Shown here piece by piece: positions 53,194 to 64,000 of a stretch of DNA of 64,000 nucleotides; the stretch's first letter is position 1, and every line of letters starts with the position of its first letter. Both the position numbers and the translations under genes were made by a program. The DNA is taken from contig OX597815.1 in the NCBI GenBank assembly GCA_951406725.2, positions 158,534,001-158,598,000 on the forward strand, given 5' to 3'. The notes under the pieces were generated by a model, which worked only from the letters and a program-made list of their open reading frames with translations, ran no database searches and was not told where the DNA came from. This DNA is from Octopus vulgaris. Lineage: Eukaryota.

Positions 53194-53353
53194 CAGGCAT
53201 ACCTCAACTATTTTGAGGTATGCCTGTATCTAGGTGGTTCCAACACATGCGATGTAATTCGAAAAACGACATAACAAGGTAGCTGGTTCGAAGACGTGCG
53301 ATGTAACTGGGAAAGCGACATAAAACAAAAGGGCATAAGTTGAGGTATGTCTG
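53194..53353. mobile_element. pogo/Tigger-like MITE with an extra internal TIR
   Basis: TA|CAGGCATACCTCAACT ... AGTTGAGGTATGTCTG|TA. CAGGCATACCTC is the Tigger1-type terminus. Confidence 0.7.
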
Positions 53354-54186
53354 TATTTGTTTTGTGGCGATTTAGTCAGGATTACTTCCCTTGTTTCCCT
53401 CTTTCTTACACTTCCCAAAATGCATCATATAAAGGCGATAACTGAATAGCAGAATCGGTTGAATATCAGACAAAATAACTGCCACCTGTAGTTATGGCTC
53501 TTTACACTCAGAATAAATTTCACTGAAGTAAGTTTTACCTTTTATACCTTCCGTGGTTAATATAGTTAAATAAGATATCGATCAAGTACGGGCATCAATT
53601 TAATAGTCGAGATCATAAAAGAAATGTAGGATTTAACTCTGTTCTTTGAGAGAACTTATTTAACAAAATGCGAAAACAAAATTTCCAATTAAACTTAAGC
53701 CTATGGCTTACAGTGTACATTATACAAGATTGATATGCAAAGAACTTTTGATTACGTTTTATAATTATAACATGCTACTAAATTATACTTCATTATAAAG
53801 TCTGTTTCTCTGAATCATCATCATCATCGTCATTATTATTATCGTAGTCATTATTATTATTACTTGTGATATAGTATTTCAGATTAACTTTTCAATTTCC
53901 AGATTCTTTCTTATATAAAGTACAAAGACGTTATGATTTCACTCAGTTAGGAAATGTTAGAATTTCTTTGACTTTTCTCCGCTTTTGTAATCTCGAAGTG
54001 GTTTGCCTACATATATGTTGATAAAAAATAAGCAGGGAAATAACCGAGTGGATGATAATGGTTTTGGATTTTATCCCATTACGAATCTATTTGGACGAGC
54101 GTATTCCACCAAACTGTCGAGTCGACCAATGGCTTGTGAGTGAAATTCGTTGAACGTAAACGGTACGTAAGTCCTAATATATTTTT

Positions 54187-54280
<94 letters not shown>

Positions 54281-54444
54281 CATCCATCCATCCATTCATC
54301 TATCTATTTATCTGTCTGCCTGTCTATCTTTGTGTCTACATACATAAACAGACATATATGTTATATAAATACATAAATGCATATGTACACATACACACAT
54401 ATATGAATTTTATACGTACATAGCTATACATATGTATATAAACG

Positions 54445-54484
<40 letters not shown>

Positions 54485-54580
54485 AATATATATATATTTA
54501 TATATAAATATAAATACACGCATATATATTATATTAAAAAATATATGCATATATATTCATGTATACATATATATTCATGT

Positions 54581-54661
<81 letters not shown>

Positions 54662-54692
54662 CATACATACATATATATGTGTTTGTGTGTGA

Positions 54693-54744
<52 letters not shown>

Positions 54745-54807
54745 TCGCGGGTGCGTAGATAAATTAGATGACAGAAATTTGAATGAACGACATTCCTTAT
54801 CTACTAA

Positions 54808-55265
54808 TACTACAATCGTCTTGTTACGTTTTTATACATGTTGTACATTGGTCAGATGTTGTGTAATCATTATCATGCATCCCATGTGACTATTTCAATA
54901 AGTCCTTTGTTACATTCTTACCGTCGTTTCAGTCTGCGTGAGAATGGATATCCAAAGCGATGCGTCATTTTCAGCAGTTTTTATTTTTGTTAGTTTGTCC
55001 ATTTTTATATTTGTGTATTTTGCTGTTTAATCATAATTGTATGTCAGTGTATGTACGGATTCAGTTTTGTTCATAAACTGCTGAAAATCACACAGAAGTT
55101 TTGATATGCATTCTCACAGGGAGTGAAATGACAGTAGGATAAGGAAGGACTTATTTAAACAATCATTACAGGAGGCGCAATTTAAACCTTGGATACGTGA
55201 TAATGATTATAGAACAGCTCACCAATGCACTACGTGTGTGAAAATATTTCGAAACAATTGTAGTG
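54808..55265. mobile_element. foldback MITE with long imperfect inverted repeats
   Basis: Paired segments are TACTACAATCGT/ACAATTGTAGTG, AATCATTATCATGCATCC/GGATACGTGATAATGATT, ATAAGTCCTT/AAGGACTTAT and TTTTCAGCAGTTT/AAACTGCTGAAAA. The right end reads CACTACAA, possibly CACTA-like, but there is no clear TSD. Confidence 0.7.
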
Positions 55266-55429
55266 ATTTGAAATTGTTTATCTATTTACATAAAGTTTAC
55301 GATAATATGGGATTCCTGATATAGATCCAGTAGCAGGAACATTTCCTCTGTATCATGGCATCAGATAGCTAATAGCTGTTGCTAAACTTTGCATTCTACA
55401 TTTGTAGGCAAATTTGAGTTAAGTATACA

Positions 55430-55505
<76 letters not shown>

Positions 55506-55603
55506 CATGCATATTTATTCGTCTTCATTGAAGTCACAGTCAACAACATTCCTATTTAGAAGAAGAAATTTGTACTGCAAGATATATATATATATATACA
55601 CAC

Positions 55604-55668
<65 letters not shown>

Positions 55669-55704
55669 TGTGTGTGTGTGTCTGTGTGTGTCTGTTCGCG
55701 CACA

Positions 55705-56100
55705 AGAGTGGTTGTGTGGTAAATAACTTGCTTACCAACCACATGCTACAGGGTTCAGTCCCACAACGTGGCACCTTGGGCAAGTGTCTTCTACTATAGC
55801 CTCGGGCCGACCAAAGCCTTGTGAGTGGATTTCGTAGACGGAAACTGGAAGAAGCCCCTCGTATATGTATATATATGCATGTTTATATGTGTGTATATAT
55901 TTGTATGTCTGTGTTTGACTCCCCAGCATCGCTTGACAACCGATGTTGGTTTGTTTACGTCCCCGTAACTTAGTGGTTCGGCAAAAGAGACCGATAGAAA
56001 GTACTAGGCTTACAAAGAATAAGATCGGGGATCGTTTTGCTCGGCTAAAGGCGGTGCTTCAGCATGGCCGAAGTCAAATGACTGAAACAAGTAAAAGAGT
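55705..56100 (+). mobile_element. SINE family A, full length
   Basis: Head, CORE-like motif, internal microsatellite and 3' tail are present. Confidence 0.9.
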
Positions 56101-56102
56101 AA

Positions 56103-56158
<56 letters not shown>

Positions 56159-56187
56159 ATATGTATGTATGTAGGTATGTATGTATG

Positions 56188-56302
<115 letters not shown>

Positions 56303-56354
56303 TAAATCATCAGGTTAATACAAAATTCTCTTTATTATAATTAAACAAAAGCAA

Positions 56355-56495
56355 TTTCTGCCTACCAAATCCAATCTCAAGGCTCTGGCCAGCCCTAGGG
56401 AAAAGTAGAGGCCACTTGCCCAAGATGCCAAGCAGTGAGACTTAAACCGGAACCATATGGTTGGGAATCAAGCTTCTTACCACACAGCCATGCTT
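56355..56495 (-). mobile_element. SINE family A, 5' half, degenerate
   Basis: CACTTGCCCAAGATGCCA...CTTCTTACCACACAGCCA. Confidence 0.75.
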
Positions 56496-56697
56496 GCACG
56501 CGAACACACACAAATATGTATGTATGTATATATGTATATAGTATGTATATATATATATATATTATTATTATATGTAGAAAAATACAAACTGGGACAAGAA
56601 CGCAAAACACTTAGAAGACGATACAAAAAACACGCACGGGACATTCGAAGCCCTCAATCTTCAGTCAAGAACCGGATTATCGTAGCAATTTCGACTG

Positions 56698-56750
<53 letters not shown>

Positions 56751-56759
56751 ATATATACA

Positions 56760-57246
56760 TATTCCGTTGTGTCTGGAGAGAGTCATTCTCTTTTAGTGTC
56801 TTATTATTTAACACACTCACCGGTAAAATTTCCACTTATTTCTTATTTTTATTTTCTAAAATTTTCGTTGCGTCTTGCAACCTTTTCAATATTCTTGAAA
56901 GCGATGTTGGGTAGTCAAACACAGACATACAAATATATCCACACATATACACATGCATATATATATACATATACGACGGGCTTCTTCCAGTTTCCGTCTA
57001 CGAAATCCACTCACAAGGCTTTGGTCGGCCCGAGGCTATAGTAGAAGACACTTGCCCAAGACTATTGAAAAGGTTGCAAGACGCAACGAAAATTTTAGAA
57101 AATAAAAATAAGAAATAAGTGGAAATTTTACCGGTGAGTGTGTTAAATAATAAGGCATTAAAGAGAATGACTCTCCCCAGACACAACAGAATATGCTTCA
57201 ACACACGAACTCGTATATAGAATCTTTCAAGCCAAATCCAAAAACG

Positions 57247-57250
<4 letters not shown>
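56760..57250. mobile_element. inverted PLE-like module pair enclosing a SINE fragment
   Basis: Arms about 56760-56897 and 57057-57193 are near-perfect reverse complements. They carry the hammerhead-like TTGAAAA-G-GTTGC-AAGAC-GCAAC-GAAA-ATTTTA and are flanked by (TA)n. Confidence 0.75.
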
Positions 57251-57293
<43 letters not shown>

Positions 57294-57359
57294 TATATAT
57301 ACATATACATACATAAATATATATATATATATATACACACACATATATATATATATATA

Positions 57360-57552
57360 TTCAATATGTGACATCGTGTGTATCGTTGGCAATTTTCTTT
57401 CTCCCTCTTCTATTCTTTGGATTTTTCTATATTTCTGACTAAGAGCTCCGCACGAAACGCGAATTCCTCTTTCTTTTCTTTCCTTAGCTGAGCGTCCAAT
57501 AACACTGTACTCGCGTTGTTGTTTTTTTATGCTTGTTTATGTTTGGATTAAC
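57360..57552 (+). mobile_element. short PLE-like module with hammerhead motif (57431-57465)
   Basis: ATTT-CTGACTA-A-GAGC-TCC-GCAC-GAAAC-GCG. Same family as 60126-60228 (+) and 60361-60575 (-). Confidence 0.7.
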
Positions 57553-57782
57553 TATATATATATATATACATACATACATATATACATATATATACATACA
57601 CACACGCACGTTTATTAATTCGTTTTGCAAGATTCCTGATGCAAAATCGTGTGTTGAAACAGATGTTGAATTTCGGGTTGGTCATATTTTTTTTGCATTT
57701 TTTGGGGAAAAAAAGGAATGACCATATATATTAATTTCATATATGTGTGTATGTATACATATGTATATACAGATGTACATAA

Positions 57783-57838
<56 letters not shown>

Positions 57839-57992
57839 GTATGCATATATAGACACACGCGCGCGCACACACACGTGTATATATATACTTAAATTATATG
57901 TATATGCATATACACGGAGATATATATATACATGTATAAACACATGTATATATACATGTATATAACTATATACATATACGTATATCTATACA

Positions 57993-58049
<57 letters not shown>

Positions 58050-58573
58050 AACACATACATGCATACATATATATATATATACGTATACCTGCATATAAAT
58101 ATATATAAATATATACATAGGCGTTGGATTGACTGTGTGGTTAGAAGCTAGTTTTCTAAATTCAAATTTCTGCGTTCAATCCCACTGCATATCACCATGG
58201 GTAAGAGCCTTCTACTATAGCCAGAGCTATATATGTATATAACTTACTTGGAAATAGATGCGTGGCGTTCGATCATATAATAAAATAAATAATATATAAA
58301 TATATGCATATATAGATACATATATGTACGTACCTACATATGTATTTATGTATACATGAATATATGGGTACAGCACACCAAAAAAAACTGATCAAAATGA
58401 GAAACGAGAACATAAAAAACAAAAACATAGAAAACGAACTTTTTTTCGCAGAAGGAAAGAAAGAAATAGAGAAATGAGACAGGCAACATAAAGAACATAC
58501 CCTTCGTCAGTTGTCCCCTGTTTTGTCTACTCCGAGTTTTGTTCACGTGCTTTTGACGTCCTATAACCATGTA

Positions 58574-58609
<36 letters not shown>

Positions 58610-58624
58610 AGCCATCTCTATATT

Positions 58625-58836
58625 AACATTTCTAAAGGCACAAGGCTTCACAATTGTGGGGAGGGGAGTTGTAGATGATATCGACCTCAGTGTTTCGGTG
58701 GTGTTTAATTTATCAATCCCGAAAGGATGTAAGGCAAAATCGACCTCAGCGTAATTTGAAATCAGAACGCAGCGCCAGGCAAAATACCAATAACTACTTC
58801 GTCCGACGTGCAAACGATTCTGCCAGCCCACCACCT
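58625..58836 (-). mobile_element. SINE family C
   Basis: GAAAGGATGTAAGGCAAAATCGACCTC...AACGATTCTGCCAGCCCACCACC. Confidence 0.8.
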
Positions 58837-59029
58837 TAAGAATCTCTATATTATGTATTCAGTATTATCATGGTCTCATGTATACACACACACATATATA
58901 TATACGTATATGACGAACTCACCCGGCGTTAGACAACGTATGAGGGTTCGATAATTTCTTACTGAACAACCACACATGATTTGTTTGTAGCCAATTGTTT
59001 GCGTAGACATAATCTCACTCCCTCCATCA

Positions 59030-59213
59030 ACTCGACATTACCTGTACAGGTGCAACAGGGTTCCACATGTTCACATGTTAGCTGTCGAAATGATCGCAGA
59101 GCACCGTGAAACAAAGTGCTTTGAGATGACAATACACGCCCGGTCTGGGGATCGAACCCATGATCTCACAATCGTGTGTGCAACTCCCTAACCACTAAGC
59201 CATGCGTCTTCAC
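59030..59213 (-). mobile_element. SINE family B-related head
   Basis: GGGATCGAACCC...CCCTAACCACTAAGCCATGCGTCTTCAC, similar to 12300-12478. Confidence 0.7.
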
Positions 59214-59218
59214 ATGTG

Positions 59219-59307
<89 letters not shown>

Positions 59308-59310
59308 CAT

Positions 59311-59548
59311 GTATAAAAGATCGTGGGTAAGGCCAAAACAATGCGAAGTAAATGTAGGTAAATCACAAGAAAACAAGTATATGAACTCACCCACTCGCTC
59401 AACGGCAACGTTCGTCAATTTCTTGAAAATGAAGCCATAACCCCAAATATTGAATATAAGGTAAATCTACATTAATTCACATATTTTTTCGTGTGATTTA
59501 CCTTCCATTTACTTCGCATTGTTTTGGCCTTACCCACGATCTTTTATA
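59311..59548. repeat. inverted repeat element flanked by (TA)n
   Basis: GTATAAAAGATCGTGGGTAAGGCCAAAACAATGCGAAGTAAATG is mirrored exactly at 59505-59548. Arms are about 75 bp. Confidence 0.85.
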
Positions 59549-59587
59549 CTATATATTCTACACAATGCTTCATAGTAATTATTCTAT

Positions 59588-59626
<39 letters not shown>

Positions 59627-60125
59627 GAAATAAATATATGTAAATGTATGTATATTAATATATGTATACATATATACAAATGTATATACATATAATAAGT
59701 GCCAATACACGAAACACTCATATCTTGAGTCACTCTGTTGCTGATGCTATATATTAATAAAAATATACATGTGCTCATATTTTGAGTTCTATTTTTCCTG
59801 TTTGCATCTCACATGCCTGTATATTTATATATATGAATATAAATACATCTAAATTTTATACATAAATATGTATATATGTATACGAATATGCATACATATA
59901 TACATTCATACATACATACACATATATATGTGTATATTCATATATATACACATATATATGTATATTTATATATATATTTGTGTCTATAAATGTATTAATA
60001 TTTATATATATATATGTAAACATATAAATATATATCTGTATATATACGTATATATACATTTATACACAGACACACACACATCTACACATATATATATGCG
60101 TGTGTGTATACATATATATATATAT

Positions 60126-60227
60126 ATCCTTCTTTCTTTCTTTTCCTGAGCGTCCAATAACACTATACTTGTTCCACGCCCTCGCGTTGTTGTGTTTTCT
60201 CTTTGTGTTTTCCTGTTTGGATTAACC

Positions 60228-60262
<35 letters not shown>

Positions 60263-60575
60263 CAAGGAAAAATTGTAAAAATGCAGAATGCTAAATTGAA
60301 AGAAAATTTTAATGAAATGAGAAATTGAAAAAATATATAAATATATATATATATATATAAAGGTAATCCAAACAAGAAAGCACAAAAAAAACAACAACGC
60401 GAGGACGTGGAACAAATATAATATTATTGGACGATCAGGAAAGAAGGAAAGAAAGAGGGTTTAACGTTTCGAGTGGAGCTCTTTGTCGGAAACATAGGAG
60501 AAAGAAAGATCCAGAGAAGGGAAGACAGAGGAAAAAAATAGCCAACGGTACACACGAGGTCACATTTTGAAATAT
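60126..60575. mobile_element. tail-to-tail PLE-like modules with hammerhead (60459-60493, -)
   Basis: The minus strand reads GTTT-CCGACAA-A-GAGC-TCC-ACTC-GAAAC-GTT-AAAC. A partial inverted copy lies at 60126-60228, and a piece of the 45241 family is nested at 60260-60350. Confidence 0.7.
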
Positions 60576-60688
60576 ATATATATATATTTACATGTACGAA
60601 TATATTTATAAGTATATATTCAACTATATGCATTTTCATGAAACATATATGAATACACATCTCCCCCTCCTCTCTCTCTACACACACA

Positions 60689-60747
<59 letters not shown>

Positions 60748-61008
60748 CTTCTGGTATCATCAATATATGGCACCATACGGTAATGTGCGCTCTGAGAGCT
60801 AACTGTGACCTTCATATTTGATATATATTATTAGATATATTTATATATATATAAATATATATATACATATATATGTGTGTGTGTATATGTGCATACATGT
60901 GTATACATACATGCCTATATATATATATAGATACCTTTATTAGTTTTTGTATGATTGAAAAACACGGCACCGTATAACAAAACCATTCGCATCGAAATAT
61001 CTATCAAC

Positions 61009-61073
<65 letters not shown>

Positions 61074-61118
61074 CCCCCTCTCTCTCTTTATATATATATG
61101 TATCTGCATATGTATATA

Positions 61119-61799
61119 AGAGGTGGTATCAAACAATTCCTGGACTATTTAAATTTAATAAAAAAAATAACTTTTGACTTACGTTTTAAACATTATCTCC
61201 TACAAAATAGTTACCATGCGCTGCAATACACTGATCCTGGCGTTGCTGCCACTTTTGGAATCCGGCCTATAAGTCGTTTTCCGTAAGCGAGTCGGGGACC
61301 TTCTGCGATACGTTCTCGCTCTTTGCTACTAAAACGACTACATTTGAACTGCCTCTTAAGGGAAATCCGCAGGTGTTCAATCTGGCGAATATAGATGGGG
61401 GTGCGGAAGCGATACCATGATGGTTTTGACGAGAAATTCACGGGTGGGGACAGCTCGGTGACAGGGTGCATTGTCGTTGTGAAGAATCCAATTCGTCGCG
61501 CTCCGCAGATCCGGTCGCTCTCACCGAATGTGCTCCCTCGAACGCTCCAAACATCGTTGACTGGTTTCCGACAATTCTCGTGCACAAGCTAATGCATTTA
61601 CTCCACATTTCTCGTAAAAGGTCTTCTAGATCGCTCATCGTCTGCCAGGGTCGTTCTTTTCCTTTGGAAGTACCTGTGCCACTTGCAACATTGCGTACGA
61701 CACATTGCCTCATGAAGGTCTCACAGCGGACACTAACGTATGCTGCCATCTATTGGCACGCCACAGAACTAGTCCGGAAATCTTTTTGATACCACATCA
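61119..61799 (-). mobile_element. internally deleted mariner
   Basis: TIRs AGAGGTGGTATCAAACAATTCCTGGACTA / TAGTCCGGAAATCTTTTTGATACCACATCA with a TA TSD. Peptide remnants include WHRY..DDERSRRP, WILHNDNAPCHRA, LPHP.YSPD and FQKWQQR.DQCIAAHGNYF. Confidence 0.88.
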
Positions 61800-61859
61800 T
61801 ATATATATCACATACGCACTTACAGTGGAAGCTACCCATCTTGATCACTGAAAATAATA

Positions 61860-62255
61860 TTTTCTACTCTAGGTGCAAGGCCCGAAAATTTGGGGGAGTG
61901 GACCAGTCGTGTAGATCGACCTCAGTACGCAACTGGTACTTAATTTATCGACCTCGAAAGGAAGAAAGGCAAAGTCGCCCTCGCTAGAATTTGAACTCAG
62001 AAAGTAAAGATAGACGAAATACCTATTTCTTTACTGCCCACAAGGGGCTACACACAGAGGGGACAAACAAGGATAGACAAACGGATTAAGTCAATTACCT
62101 CGAGCCCAGTGCGTAACTGGTACTTAATTTATCGACCCCGAAAGAATGAAAGGCAAAGTCGACCTCGGCGGAATTTGAACTCAGAACGTAACGGCAGACG
62201 AAATACTGCTACGCATTTCGCCCGGCGTGCTAACGTTTCTGCCAGCTCGCCACCT
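61860..62255 (-). mobile_element. two SINE family C segments separated by a short insert
   Basis: Segments 61860-62020 and 62090-62255 match family C. The insert at 62023-62090 resembles the 22140-22185 tail. Confidence 0.8.
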
Positions 62256-62510
62256 TCATAGAATATATTATGAAACGTTTATTGTTACTAAAAAAAAAAG
62301 AAAAAGAAAAGTCAATACTACCCAAATACACCGAAGATTTTCTTATAAACTCTAGTTAACGTCACTAACTGATTATTATTATCTGAAACAGCGATAACAA
62401 AAAAATATGCCTGTGCATATGCTTATGTGAAAATGTGTTTGTGTGCGTCAGCAGACGTTATGTGCATATCAACGAGATTGTTGCCGATAAACAAATGCGT
62501 CGAGGACATA

Positions 62511-62660
62511 CGATGGAGCGCTGAAAAGTTTCTGACTTTAGGTAAAAGAAAATACAGGAGGATCACTTAATTATGATTTTGTTCAACGTATTCCCCTCTC
62601 AGATTCACACAATTATTGCAGCGGTTCTGCAATTTTTCTAAGTCCTGTGAAAGAACTCGG
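62511..62660 (-). mobile_element. mariner 3' terminal fragment
   Basis: Encodes QDLEKLQNRCNNCVNLRGEYVEQN, the mariner C-terminus, followed by a TIR-like end TA|CGATGGAGCGCTGAAAAGTT. Confidence 0.7.
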
Positions 62661-62807
62661 CAAGTTGAGCCTCTAACCAGGTCTTTCGTGGTATCCTTGA
62701 AGCCAGGAACTTTACCCCCTCGTATACGACTAGTGGTATTGCGTTCAAACGGCATCAGCACTCTCAAGTTATTCTCGCTGTCAATATCAATATAAAGGAA
62801 TATTTAG

Positions 62808-63042
62808 CCCTTTTACTGAGGAAACCATATATATCCACCAAAAATTTCATTACTCTTAATTGTGGAAAGCAGGTTTATATAGCAATGTATCTTTTCCTGA
62901 GGAATATTTTATTTGAAACTATTTTTTGTTGAGATATGTCTATATTATTGAAGTAATTTGCAAAAAATACCAATTCTAATTTTGTTCGATATTTAAAATT
63001 ATCAGCAGAATAACCAAGAAATTTAATTTCACAGTTAACGGG
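62808..63042. mobile_element. piggyBac-like MITE
   Basis: TTAG|CCCTTTTACTGAG ... CACAGTTAACGGG|TTAA (10/13 TIR match and a TTAA-like TSD). Confidence 0.5.
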
Positions 63043-63169
63043 TTAAGAAAGAACACCTCGTAAATATTTGGGTGTTATATAAAGAAATATTAAGAAATAT
63101 TTCTTTATTAAGAAATATTAAGCTTAACATTTAGTCATTTGACTGGAACCCATAACTAGTGTCGAACAG

Positions 63170-64000
63170 GAACTAGTCAATTACATCGACCTCCAGCGCT
63201 CAAATGATGCTTATTTTATCGGCCCCGAAGGATGAAAGACAAAGTCTACATCGGCAGAATTTGAACTCAAAATGAAAATCCTGGAGAAATGCCGTTCAGC
63301 ATTTTGCCTGGCGTGCTAACGATTCTGGTAGCACGTCGCCTTTGGAGATTTAGAAAATGAAATATAAAACAAATACTAGAAGGACAGAGATAAATATATA
63401 CAGATGTTGAGAGAAAGAGAGAGGGGAGTAAGAGAGAGACTAAGAAACACGTGGGTGACTCCAGATAACTGAACCTCAAGCATATAATCAGCATCGCACT
63501 TCGAAGAAAGGCATGAGAACATGTGACTAGATCATTAGCAAATAATAATAGTTTCTTTGAGGGGAGAAGATTAGTCAATACCATTGACCATAGTTCTTGA
63601 CTAGTACTTTATTCTACTGATCTCACAAAGATGACTGGCGATATTTGAACACATAATGAAAAGAAATATTGCAAGGCATTTCTCCCGGCGCTCTAACGAT
63701 TCTGTCAGCTCGCTGCTTTTTAGAAACAATAATAATGGTTTTAAACATTGTTACATATCAACGATGATGTCACGGCCAATGAAATCAACTCTAGTTTATG
63801 ACAGATGTAGCAAGTTGGTAGAATCGTTAAAGTGTCGGGAAAATGGTTTCAAATAATTGTTCTGGCTCTTTAATTCTGAGTTCTAATACCGTTGATGTCA
63901 ACTTTGCCTTTCGGGGTCAATAAATTGAAGCACTACTCAGACGATATAATCGATTAAACTCCATCCCTTCAAAATCGCTGGCTTAATACCCAAATCAAAA
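63170..64000. mobile_element. cluster of degenerate SINE family C copies
   Basis: Copies at 63170-63342 (-), about 63560-63715 (-) and 63810-64000 (+). Confidence 0.7.

Noticed and set aside
53231-53330. Repeat-spacer-like pattern (CRISPR?)
   Set aside because: Only two tandem units lie inside a MITE, the context is eukaryotic, and there are no cas genes.
58360-58560. CTGACGA on the minus strand in a microsatellite-flanked module
   Set aside because: No GAAA or stem III follows, so it cannot be called a hammerhead, although it may be a PLE-type piece.
61741-61756. CTCF-like CCAATAGATGGCAGCA (-)
   Set aside because: It lies in the subterminal part of a mariner, with no independent evidence of function.

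Overview
This is eukaryotic, AT-rich, extremely microsatellite-dense non-coding DNA. The SINE repertoire strongly suggests a cephalopod, probably Octopus (inference). I found no intact host protein-coding gene: nearly all listed ORFs are translations of (TA)n/(CA)n/(TATG)n/(ATT)n tracts. The window is a mosaic of three tRNA-derived SINE families, RTE-type LINE 3' fragments, decayed maT (DD37D) and mariner transposons, several MITEs, and non-autonomous Helitron-like elements. Beneath this layer is a Penelope-like element (PLE)/hammerhead ribozyme (HHR) system. It includes two decayed GIY-YIG endonuclease 3' ends and about a dozen minimal type-I hammerhead motifs with palindromic stem III (two apparently intact, at 25868 and 48873). 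These motifs sit in short modules inside (TA)n tracts, often as inverted pairs. The most notable element is a tRNA-derived Pol III promoter (A/B box) fused upstream of a hammerhead. It occurs once directly after a PLE stop codon (1237-1430) and once as a free-standing unit (48679-48997), which suggests a ribozyme-bearing, PLE-linked SINE. All calls were made by eye, so boundaries are approximate.
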